DNA from: Octopus bimaculoides
Lineage: Eukaryota
Direction: 5' to 3'
NCBI RefSeq assembly: GCF_001194135.2
Contig: NC_068981.1
Location: forward strand, 185,783,228 to 185,821,030
DNA: 37,803 nucleotides
The notes under the pieces are model-generated. The model ran no database searches. It was not told the DNA's origin and saw only the letters and a program-made list of their open reading frames with translations. Numbering within the stretch: the first letter of the stretch is position 1; each line of letters begins with the position of its first letter. Positions 1-9,745 of the stretch are shown here, piece by piece. The translations under genes were made by a program, and so were the position numbers.

Positions 1-19
1 ATTGGCAGTAGCTAATAAA

Positions 20-73
20 CCTTTCTATTATAGGCACAAGGCATGGTCTTTGAGGGAAGGAGCAAGTCAATTA
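20..73 (-). mobile_element. SINE family A, 3' tail fragment
   Basis: ctttctattataggcacaaggc is the reverse complement of the tail (ggccttgtgcctaaagtagaaa) of the copy at 1149-1376. Confidence 0.55.
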
Positions 74-949
74 GGGTTAGGGAAAACGAACACACGTGTG
101 TTGCCTCTGCAAAATGTCAGAAGTAATGGAGATTAAATACGCTTTACACCGCTTAAACTGCCAAGGGAGGAAGTGTAAACAGCTGAATACTTGTCAGTGA
201 TTGGTTGAAATTATCGAAATAAGACAATTTTTTACATGAAATAAATTCGAATACAATTTTTTTTTTCTGTTCTATAACACAAAATAGATAAGTCTTTCGG
301 TACCAAAAACACTACATAAAACATAAATGAAAACTGGTGCTCCCGTTTTGAACAAGATCCCAAGTTAAAATGGTCATTATTTCAAAACAAAGTAGGAAAC
401 ATATCGTAATAGCATATTAAAACTTCCGTATGAAACATATTTTTTCATTCATAAGTGAAATTTACTATTAAATGAATATTTTCAAAAAGTGTATCCGTTT
501 TAGTTTTATTGTCCTTAAATTAAAAGAAGAAATATTAAATTCTTAACTTCGAAAATTAAAAAAAACATAAAATATCTGGATTCATTTATTTAAAATGACT
601 TTATTAATATCGATATTTTGCAAATAGTTATTGAAAATGCACGAAGAAGCTCTTGTGTCCGCTGAGTGAGAAATTTAATATAGTTGTAAACCGTAATATA
701 GAAATTTCTGAATAAATACGGCAATCTTTTGTCTGTTTATTAATACGGCAATTTGATAGACAAATTTTGAATAAAGCAACATACTTGTGTAAACTAGAAG
801 TGTCTCTATATATGGAAAATTGGTGTCGCATTAAAAAAGATGCTTGCATGGAAATACAACACGCTTCAGCTGCCTAAATCATTCCTGTATACATAATTTA
901 CAATGTTTCTATAAGAGCTTAATGAAAATTATATAGTATTCATTACATA

Positions 950-1148
950 GGCGCAGGGGTGATTGTGTGGCAAGAGGATTTTTCCCCAACCACATAGTTC
1001 CGGGTTCAGTCTCATTGCATGACACCTTGGGCAAATGCTTTTTAGAAACTTGGGCCAACGCTTAATAGAAGCCTTGTGGGTAGATTTAGTTGCACACGGA
1101 AATTGAAAGAATTCATTCGTGTGTGTGTGTGTGTGTGTATGTGTGTGT
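950..1148 (+). mobile_element. SINE family B (tRNA head + CORE-like domain), 5' half ending in (GT)n
   Basis: Reads gcgcaggggtgattgtgtgg...ccgggttcagtc (B-box-like)...gacaccttgggcaaatg (CORE-like ACCTTGGGCAAG)...cggaaattgaaagaa. Homologous to the copies at 24682-24854 and 36046-36430. Confidence 0.75.
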
Positions 1149-1376
1149 AAGGCGACTAGCTGGCAGACAAGTTAGTACACCAGGCGAAATGCATAGCGGT
1201 GTTTCGCCTGTCTTAACGTTCTGAGTTCAAACAACGCCGAGGTCGACTTTTCCTTTCGTCCTTTCGGGGTCGATAAATTAAGAACCAACTGCGTGTGGAG
1301 GTCAATCTAATCGATTGGCCACAACCCATACCCCGCTCCCCCCAAAAAAAATCAGGCCTTGTGCCTAAAGTAGAAA
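1149..1376 (+). mobile_element. SINE family A (tRNA-derived), full length
   Basis: Has the head aaggcg..agctggcaga (A box), gagttcaaa (B box) and the central ctttcgtcctttcggggtcgataaattaag shared with many copies in the window. Confidence 0.85.
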
Positions 1377-1377
1377 T

Positions 1378-1565
1378 GAATCGTTAGCACGCCTGGCAAA
1401 ATGTTTAACGGTATTTCGGCCGTCATTACGTTCTGAGTTCAAATCCCACAGAGGTTGACCTTTCTTTTCGACGTCGATGAAACAAATACCAGTTGAACAC
1501 TTAGGTCCATGTTCTCTATTTATATCCTCTCCCCGAAATTGCTGGCCTTGTGCCAAAAATTTTAA
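1378..1565 (+). mobile_element. SINE family A, slightly 5'-truncated
   Basis: gaatcgttagcacgcctggcaaaatg...gttctgagttcaaatcc...aaattgctggccttgtgccaaaa. Confidence 0.8.
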
Positions 1566-1675
1566 ATCTATATATGTGAGTGCGTATGTGTGTGTGTGTT
1601 TGTTAAGTCGCTGGCAGACAAAATATGGCTGGAGTCCCACCAATGGGCTTGTTACTTCTTTTCTGTTCAAACGTG

Positions 1676-1864
1676 GTTTCTAACTTTTGGCGGAAGGCCA
1701 GCAGTTTGGAGGTAGGGGGGAAATTGATTGCGTCGTCTGCAGTTTTCAAATGTTACTTATTTTATCGACGTCGAAAAGAAAGTTTGACCTGGTGAGAATT
1801 TGAACCCAAAATGCCGCCAAGCATTTTGTCTGGCGTGTTAACGCTTCTGCCAGTTCCCCGCCTT
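1676..1864 (-). mobile_element. SINE family A, diverged copy
   Basis: Reverse complement reads aaggcggggaactggcagaagcgttaacacgcc...gggttcaaattc...gtcgataaaataagt...ctgctggcctt. Confidence 0.75.
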
Positions 1865-1941
1865 ATGGTATCTAATATATCATAAATATATTTGTGATTG
1901 ATGTGTACGGAGGAATCAATTTTTGAGAAATACTATATGTA

Positions 1942-2178
1942 TATTTATTTCTTTATTACCCACAGGGGTTATTACCCAGAGGGGACAAACAAGGACAGAC
2001 AAAGAAATTAAGTCGATTACATCGATCCCAGTACATAACTTGTACTTATTTAATCGACCCCGAAAGGACGACAAGCAAAGTCGACCTTGTCGGAATTTGA
2101 ACTCAGAACGTAACGGCAGACGAAATACCGCTAGGCATTTCGCTCGGCGTGCTAACAATTCTGCCAAATCGCCGCCTT
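1942..2178 (-). mobile_element. SINE family A, full length, flanked by a 70-bp direct repeat
   Basis: Near-consensus copy with tail ...ttgtttgtcccctc...gtaataaagaaataaat. Direct repeats at 1869-1938 and 2183-2252. Confidence 0.85.
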
Positions 2179-2782
2179 TCAATATCTAACATATCATAGA
2201 TTTATTTGTAATTGATGTGTACGGAGGAATCAATTTTTGAGGAATACTATATTGATACCCACCACGCTATATAAACAATGTAAACCTATGTAAAAATATA
2301 CAGAATTTAACCTCTGTTCCTTTACACTCAATAGAATTTAATGCATTCTGTTATCAAGCAACACCTGAAATATAATGGACAATATGAATCTTCTGAGATT
2401 TATTATAACGTTACAAGTGTGCTTACGTACATTTGTATTTTCATTTCAGGCTATTAGAACATAGAATTTGACAAATGAATCAGACTTCGATAAATTCCAG
2501 TTGATAAAAGCGAAAGCGAAAGCTCTTTGCTTTCAAGATTATCATGTGTATTGTTGCTGCCTTTAGTATTACCAAAAGCCACCTCTCACTAATTTTCTAT
2601 ATTCTAATGCTTTTAGAATTCTGACTCTTACAAACAACAATACGTACAATAACACGCTTTGTGTAATAAATAGGTTGAGCATTAACACATCAATATTACA
2701 GGTATATACTATAAATTTCTACCGTTGAATTATAAATTGCTCCAATTCGTAGTTTTCTGTTTCTAGGTCATAAATAGACGTA

Positions 2783-3251
2783 CGAGGGCATGCTGAACAT
2801 TTCTTGGCTTTGGGTAAGAGATTATGAAGGGGGATCAGTTAATTATGATTTCATTCAATATATTCCCATCTCAGAGGTGGTGAGCTGGTAGAATCGTTAG
2901 CACGCCGGGCGAAATGCTTAGCGGTATTTCATCTGTCGTTACGTTCTGAGTTCAAATTCCGCCGAGGTCGAGTTTGCCATTCATCCTTCTGGGGTCGAAT
3001 AAATGATTACAAGTTACGCACTATGGTCGATTTAATCGACATAATCTCTTTGTCTGTCCTTGTTTGTCCCCTCTATGTTTAGCCCCCTATGGGCAATAAA
3101 AAAATGAATATATTCCCCTCTCAGATTCACATACTTGTTGCGGTGAACCCTCAGTTTTTCTAAGCTCTGTAAAAGAACTCTGGAGGTCGGACCTTCAGCC
3201 AGGCCTTTCGTGAGGCCCTTAAAGCCAGGAAATTTCCAGCGCATCCTGTGT
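2783..3251 (-). mobile_element. Mariner-derived MITE (~219 bp), interrupted by a SINE
   Basis: Has TA-flanked imperfect TIRs (tacgagggcatgctgaac... / ...aatttccagcgcatcc) and the remnant LEKLRVHRNKYVNLRGEYI, resembling a mariner transposase C-terminus. Removing SINE+TSD (250 bp) leaves 219 bp, matching the 218-bp copy at 3474-3691. Confidence 0.75.
2876..3106 (+). mobile_element. SINE family A with 19-bp target-site duplication
   Basis: TSD aatatattccc(a/c)tctcaga at 2857-2875 and 3107-3125; A and B boxes intact. Confidence 0.9.
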
Positions 3252-3354
3252 TAATTAATGATTTTAGTCGAAGTTATGTAAGTTACGTTTATGTGTGTGT
3301 GTAGACGCAGACATATCAGTGCTTTTAAGAAACTTATAGACCAGTACGTAGTCT

Positions 3355-3790
3355 GTGCTTCAGTCTCACTGTGCGGCACCCTGGACAAGTGTCTTTTATA
3401 ACCCCAGGCTAACTACTGCTTTGACCATCCATTTAGTAGACGGAAACTGTGGAAAACAGTACACATATATATACGAGGGGGTGCTGGATATTTTCTGGCA
3501 TTAAGGGAGTCACAAAAGCCCTTGCTGGAAGGCCATCCTTCCGGGTGCTTTTACACAGCTTAGAAAAACTGGAGGACTGCTGCAATAAGTTTGTGAATCT
3601 GAGAGGGGAATATGTTGAAGAAAATTATAATTAGCTGATTCTCCTATATTTTTTTTTACCAAAAGCTAGGAAATTTTCAGCCACCTCTTCTTATATATAT
3701 ATGAGCATATCCGTGCATCACGTATTTGTATTCGTGCCACACAGCGCTTGAGAGGCGGTGCTGCTTTATTTACGTCCCCATACGACCCAC
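3355..3790 (+). mobile_element. SINE family B remnant split by a MITE
   Basis: The 5' part (cagtctcactgtgcggcaccctggacaagtgtc...tagacggaaactg) and 3' part (cgcttgagaggcggtgctgc..tttacgtcccc) lie either side of 3474-3691. Confidence 0.6.
3474..3691 (+). mobile_element. Mariner-derived MITE (218 bp)
   Basis: Runs TA-cgagggggtgctggatattttctggc ... gctaggaaattttcagccacctcttct-TA, with remnant LEKLEDCCNKFVNLRGEYVEE. Homologous to 2783-3251 in the opposite orientation. Confidence 0.75.
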
Positions 3791-4032
3791 ATTCTACCTG
3801 GAGATGTTTCAACGTTTGTCTCCATTGATACTTCCATCGACGAACATGCTGCTCTTGAGTATTCAGTTGAATCTCTCAACACTCTACAACCTACATGACT
3901 GCCACCTCATAAGTTGTTCCTAAAGGAATTTGGACCCAGTTCAGGAATTGGACCCTCTTGAGGAATTTGGACCCACCACGACTATGCAATGGTACAAGAG
4001 TGACTGTGACTACGATGACAAATCATGTTGTT
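3791..4032 (+). pseudogene. Helitron Pif1-like helicase coding remnant
   Basis: Translates as ILPGDVSTFVSIDTSIDEHAALEYSVESLNTLQPT*LPPHKLFLK / LRNLDPPRLCNGTRVTV. This matches the Helitron helicase motifs SID..., (P)xEFLNSLxPxGxPPHxLxLK and LRNLxPxxLCNGTR; it has a stop and a frameshift. Confidence 0.85.
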
Positions 4033-4609
4033 CTTTATTTTTACTTGAGCAGTTTTTATTTTTATATTTCTGTTCAGAAGAATATTCCCTACTATCATTA
4101 TGATTATTTGTGGCGTATGCTATTATTATTGGATTTATTGTAGTTTTATTTGTCGTAGAGGTAAATACATTTATTGTTTGTGAATTATTATTTTTATTCT
4201 TATTAGCTTGTGGTGTTGTATTATCTAAAACATTTTGTATATTTTCAAACGTATGGTAGTTAGAATTTTTCTGGGGTTTTGTTATATCAATATTATTGTT
4301 AGGTGTTCCAGTATTTTGAGTATTATATATACTCCTATAGCTACTTCTTATCTTACTATTATTATTGTTATTGTTATTATTATTACAGCTGTTTTTTTAT
4401 ATATGCTAATTTTTCTTTAATTAGAACAGGCGATAATAAATCCTATGTTTGATATTGTAAAGAAGGACAAATTTTAATTGATGATTTATTAAATATGTGG
4501 TGATATTATGATTCCTAGGAAAGCTTCTTGTAACTATAAGTCCGGCCGACATTTTCCAAAGGTTATTTGAAGTTGGAATGAACTGGAAATCTTATGGATG
4601 CTTCTTCAT

Positions 4610-4765
4610 CTCACAGCCATTCCTGGGCCTATAAAGACTAAAGGTTTCTAAGAAGTAAGGTCGCTAACCAGACTTGACATGGCGAAAACTTCGGTGATCA
4701 CACGAAAACCAGCGATTTCACCGTGATATTACGGAAAGCAATTCAAATGAATGTTATAGTGTTAA
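4610..4765. repeat. Unclassified ~156-bp dispersed repeat, copy 1
   Basis: Clearly homologous to 5411-5568 (ctcacagccattcctgggcct...gaaaacttcggtgatca...attacggaaagcaattcaaatgaa). Confidence 0.85.
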
Positions 4766-5165
4766 CATTAAAAAACTACCATTCGATAAATTATACAAAT
4801 TTTACATTTTATATCTCTGAGGAGCAGAAGTGTTGTCTATAAATGCTTATCAATATAGGATTCCATTATAGGGACAACACTTCTGCGAAACGATCGTAAG
4901 ATGCTTTAAAAAACTTAATTCGAAACTTTTAAACTGTCATTTATTATTATACATTTATACTGATATATACTTACATATATTTATATTTTTAATACAACAA
5001 TTATTCTATACTTGTATATACCTTTCTAGAGAATTTTATATAGTATATATAATCGCTCGTATTAAATGTATAAATACTTTAATAGCATTAATACTTTGAT
5101 ACAATGGAGCACTCAATGTAAATTGAGTAATTAATATTCTCATTGAATTTATTTAAGTAAATATT

Positions 5166-5168
<3 letters not shown>

Positions 5169-5217
<49 letters not shown>

Positions 5218-5271
5218 NNNNNNNNNNNNNNNNNNNNNNNNNNNNNNNNNNNNNNNNNNNNNNNNNNNNNN

Positions 5272-5326
<55 letters not shown>

Positions 5327-5380
5327 ACACATATATATATAGACACATATATATACATACATTCATATTTATATATATAT
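5169..5380. repeat. (CA)n / (TA)n microsatellite spanning gap 5218-5271
   Basis: Direct reading. Confidence 0.95.
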
Positions 5381-5410
5381 GGCTTCCACAGTTGGTGCCT
5401 GAAATATACA

Positions 5411-5568
5411 CTCACAGCCATTCCTGGGCCTACAAAAACTAAAGGTTTTCAAGAGGTCACTAATACCTAACCAGACTTGACACTGCGAAAACTTCGGTGA
5501 TCATATGAAAACCAGCGTTTTCACCGCGACATTACGGAAAGCAATTCAAATGAAAGCCATAATGTTAA
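5411..5568. repeat. Unclassified ~156-bp dispersed repeat, copy 2
   Basis: Direct repeat of 4610-4765; flanks are unrelated. Confidence 0.85.
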
Positions 5569-5841
5569 AAACAAGACAAGAAAATGTATTTATGTCACAC
5601 GTTTTGTGTTAAACCTCTTCATTGCGGTGGGAAATATGAACATTGCAAATACTGAAAAATACCTTTAATAAAGATTTGTTGGTGTCTAAGGAATTTCGGT
5701 GGAATCTGGTCTCTCGGCTATAGATTCTGGTCCATTGTATAATTCAAGTGAAAAGAGCTTAAGAGAAAGACAAGATGTATCATCTACAAATACTAATTAT
5801 CTTCTAGATCTGTCATTTCACTTAGTCTTTTGAAAACATAC

Positions 5842-6044
5842 CTACGCGACCTGATCGCACACCGCCACAACATACACACATCGTTGCTATCTTGAGTATA
5901 AGCTATCAAACTTTCCTACTACCACCACTCACCAAACACAGTTGCACAAATACTTAAAGCCCACATCAATCATTCAGAAACGGTGAAACAAAAACAGAAC
6001 AGAATTCAAGTGGCAGCAACTAAATTCTCTGTCACACTTCTTAC
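5842..6044 (-). other. Candidate exon (203 nt; non-coding or 5'UTR, possibly with a late start codon)
   Basis: Acceptor tttgatgcttgctttgcag| at 6045 and donor cgtag|gtatgt at 5841. All frames contain stops; late ATGs stay open to the donor (MLWRCAIRSR or MCVCCGGVRSGRV). Confidence 0.35.
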
Positions 6045-6111
6045 CTGCAAAGCAAGCATCAAATATAATCAAACATTATATTTAGCTTTGTTAAACGTAT
6101 TCTACACATAC

Positions 6112-6318
6112 TTCACGAAAATATAGTGCGAGTTATATGCAAAAATCGTTCATATAATACGCAGTATATGCAAAATAAAATGTGAAGTCAGTAAAGCTAA
6201 GACCAAATATACTTCGGTCATACAGCTTAGCAGCAGAAAGAAATAGCAATGGTGTGTAAACAATACAGTGGATCTAATATGGACTGTAGGTCTGAAGTCC
6301 GGATTGCCCGACAAATAG
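6112..6318 (-). other. Candidate exon (207 nt, no open frame through it)
   Basis: Strong polypyrimidine acceptor gttttccttttccttttttttcctgtag| at 6319 and donor gtgaa|gtatgt at 6111, leaving a 67-nt GT-AG intron to the next candidate exon. Confidence 0.35.
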
Positions 6319-6503
6319 CTACAGGAAAAAAAGGAAAAGGAAAACACATGGGAATAAAAGCAAGCCAAGTGTGACTATCACGTCTGAAGTGCCTTTAAAG
6401 AATAAGTTGTGAAGAGTATGAAGCACTACATAACCTTAATGCCATGTAGTTTTTTAAAGGTGATAGTGTGTGATTTCAGGGAGATGTGTCTTCTATTTTC
6501 AAT

Positions 6504-6507
<4 letters not shown>

Positions 6508-6569
<62 letters not shown>

Positions 6570-6709
6570 NNNNNNNNNNNNNNNNNNNNNNNNNNNNNNN
6601 NNNNNNNNNNNNNNNNNNNNNNNNNNNNNNNNNNNNNNNNNNNNNNNNNNNNNNNNNNNNNNNNNNNNNNNNNNNNNNNNNNNNNNNNNNNNNNNNNNNN
6701 NNNNNNNNN

Positions 6710-6741
<32 letters not shown>

Positions 6742-6745
6742 CATG

Positions 6746-6784
<39 letters not shown>

Positions 6785-7160
6785 CTGAATGTATGTATAT
6801 ATTATATATATAATATATCTATATGTATGTATGAATATATATATGTATATATGCATGTATATGTATATATATAAAAATACATATGTATATATACATATAC
6901 ACATGTATATAAATATATATTCATATATACGTGTATTCATCCCTTATACATATGTAATACATTTTTTTCTGAATTTTCAGATTTTTTCATATGCTAGGCC
7001 ACTTGGTTTTAAATTGAATTAATTTTCAATTTATCACCCTATCTATATAAATAATAATTCATGTTCATATGTATATAAATATATATGAATATATATATAT
7101 ACATATATATATATACATGCATATATATATATGTATATATACATATACATACATACATAT
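6508..7160. repeat. (TC)n, gap 6570-6709, then (TA)n/(TG)n/(TATG)n low-complexity tract
   Basis: Direct reading. Confidence 0.95.
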
Positions 7161-7399
7161 ATAGTAGTTGACTACAGTTGAAACATTCCAGTCACATGGG
7201 ACATTGAAGATTGCTAGAAAGCAAGAAAGTATATTAGTCCTTTAATATTTAATATTCAATATTTCATTTATTCAATAAGACATTCAATACTGCACTTCAT
7301 TTTACTATATACACTATATATTGCATATTCTATATCCTACATTAATATTATAAGAATATAAATAAATCATAGAAAACAGACAGAGGTGGAATTCTTTTG

Positions 7400-7466
7400 A
7401 ATAATAATAATAATAATAATGATGATAATAATAATAATAATAATAACAATAATAATAATAATAATA

Positions 7467-7525
<59 letters not shown>

Positions 7526-7648
7526 TGTGTGTGCGTAAGTACGTATATATGTATGTATGTATGTGTGTGTGCTTGTATGTATATGTTTTTATGTATATAT
7601 GTATGTATGTTTGTATGTATGTATGTATGTACGTATGTATGTATGTAT
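7400..7648. repeat. Compound microsatellite (AAT)n-(AT)n-(GT)n-(GTAT)n
   Basis: Direct reading. Confidence 0.95.
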
Positions 7649-8014
7649 AAGCATGAATGGCGAAGGAGTTAGAATCGCGTCCTGGGATAAATATTCAGTT
7701 TCACTGAGCAACATGCTCTACTACATGAATTAAGCCCTTAAATGTCATTCTTTCGACATAATTCGACTTTTGAATATGTGTACGGGTAACAAAGTTGGTG
7801 AGTCAGTTCATAAATCGTGAAGGTTCTTCATTTTATGCAACTTTCTTAACAATATTATCCTGTATATAAGGAAAAACCACGCGTTGAGATTATATTATCA
7901 AACCTTCATTTTGCACAACACAATTAACGAACGTGTTCTTAATTCTAATTTTTAAATAAAACCGTTGTAAATTGAATTATAAAACGGTCGTTAATTATGC
8001 AGCAACCTGATATA

Positions 8015-8228
8015 GGTTCCAGATTTTGCAACAAAGCCAGCAATTTCGAGGAAGAAGCTAAGTCGTTTAAATCGACCCCAGTAATCAACTGGTACTTATT
8101 TTACCAACATCGAAAAGATGAAAGGCAAAGTTGGCCTCGGTAGAATTTGAACTCAGAACGTGCAGACAGACGAAATGCCGCTAAGCATTTTGCCCCGCGT
8201 GCTAAGGATTCTGCTAGCTCACTGCTTT
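8015..8228 (-). mobile_element. SINE family A, full length
   Basis: atcgaccccagt...ggtacttatttt...gatgaaaggcaaagt...atttgaactcagaacg...gctaagcattttgccc...gattctgctagctcac. Confidence 0.85.
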
Positions 8229-8989
8229 GCACCAACATAATATCAACATTTTTTTCAATCCTAATGATGCCCATGAAGCCAGATATTATCTTGATATTCT
8301 AGGTATGTTAAGCTGTGACTACTAATTTAGCCTCAGATTTTTCTAAGATTAAATCTCAGTTGCTACTAGTTCTTATTTTAAGTTCAGTGCAGTACCTCGG
8401 CGAGAAATACGTTATTGCATTGTTTTACACAAAACTAGTGCAACTAATATATTGCGATTATCTCATTGTAGAATATATTGTAAAATATAAAGATTGTTCA
8501 CAAATGATGGCTATAGAATTCACCGAAAATAAATAATAAATCTGTATGATGGAAATATATATATATATATATATATGATCAACATTAGAATATAATAATT
8601 AGTAAGAAATAAACAATACTGTTTAGGTCGAACCAAGCTTCAGAACTAATTGAATATTTAAATAATTAAACAAACAATTTGAGACGAATGCTAACTAAAA
8701 ATGCACTCATGAATTAAGAAACATAGACAAAAAAAACGATGTATTTTTTCATTTGGATAATATACAAGTTTCACTTATTTCGTGCCATAGGTAAGATTAA
8801 ATTGAGCACTGAAAACTAACCAAACTTAATGGAACATTCAGTGATTATATTATAAAAATAATTAGAGCAAATTCCAATGTCGTCACTTGCAAGCGACTAT
8901 ATCTTGGTAGCATGTAACATAGTTTTACTAATAGTTTTAATGTACTTATAGAGACGTGAGAAGATGTAGCTACTTCCTCGGCTCTCCCA

Positions 8990-9170
8990 ACGGAGTATGT
9001 AACAAAAGAAAGAAGATTAGATTATATCAGCATTTGGCAGGCTCAGATTTTTACCTGAGTAGACCGATATATTACGAAATGATGTGCCTCACCCAAGAAC
9101 TCAATATGAATTCTAGGAACTGAACATATGAGCACAATACCCTAAGCACTATGTCATGCGTGTCAATACT
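8990..9170 (-). mobile_element. Highly decayed SINE family A
   Basis: gaactgaacat...caataccctaagcactatgtcatgcgtgtcaa resembles the reverse complement of the family A head. Confidence 0.4.
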
Positions 9171-9394
9171 TTTTTATATATGCACAACTAGTTTCACCTA
9201 TATAATGGAAATTACGCGCATTTCCAGATAGACAATATAATATCGATGAATTAGCTTTAATCTATGGTTAATCGCGTTTAGAAACATAAGTCAGTCATAT
9301 TTAAACTGTTATTCTTATATTCTGATATTGATAATTAAAGTTGACACAGTCCCACATATTTTATGTTTGAGGATAAAGCTTTTACATGTCCCAA

Positions 9395-9485
9395 ACGGTA
9401 TTTGATCAGTAGTTTTTCTATCAACTCTGAAAGCTTGGAAACCAAGATGTATATTGGGGATATTTGGAAATGAGAACGTAACGTA
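9395..9485 (-). mobile_element. Highly decayed SINE family A fragment
   Basis: tttctatcaactctgaaag...atttggaaatgagaacgtaac resembles the reverse complement of the family A centre. Confidence 0.35.
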
Positions 9486-9534
9486 AAGTAAAACATAATG
9501 AAGTCACGTGGACTTTACTTTCTCACGTGTTAGG

Positions 9535-9745
9535 CCTCATAGCACCGATTATCCTATATTCACGAAGGATAAGTGACCGAGGTCACAACAATCTCTCAGT
9601 CCATCACAAAATTACGCCTTTACAGCTGGAGTAACCTGAAATGAAGTGGTTTCCGTTCATGAACACAATGTACCGCTTGTTCCGAAAAAGAATCCACCAT
9701 ATTGCGATCGTGACAGAACACCACTAGCCAGTAATCCACACACCT
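9535..9745 (-). mobile_element. tRNA-headed SINE (family C), decayed
   Basis: cagctggagtaacctgaaatgaagtggtttccgttcatgaacacaa...ccg...gaatccacc...gcgatcgtga is homologous to 14290-14492. Confidence 0.5.

Noticed and set aside
71-82. (TTAGGG)2 as an interstitial telomere
   Set aside because: Only two units, at a repeat junction; expected by chance or as part of a repeat.
1365-2189. Mutually similar ORFs containing 'NSERN...HFARRAN'
   Set aside because: The similarity comes from SINE family A copies; this is not a protein family.
8768-8796. Plus-strand AG|GTAAGA recursive-splice-like site (and ag|gtatgt at ~8302)
   Set aside because: No accompanying plus-strand exon structure. It shows such motifs arise by chance and is kept only as a caveat for the 6045 site.
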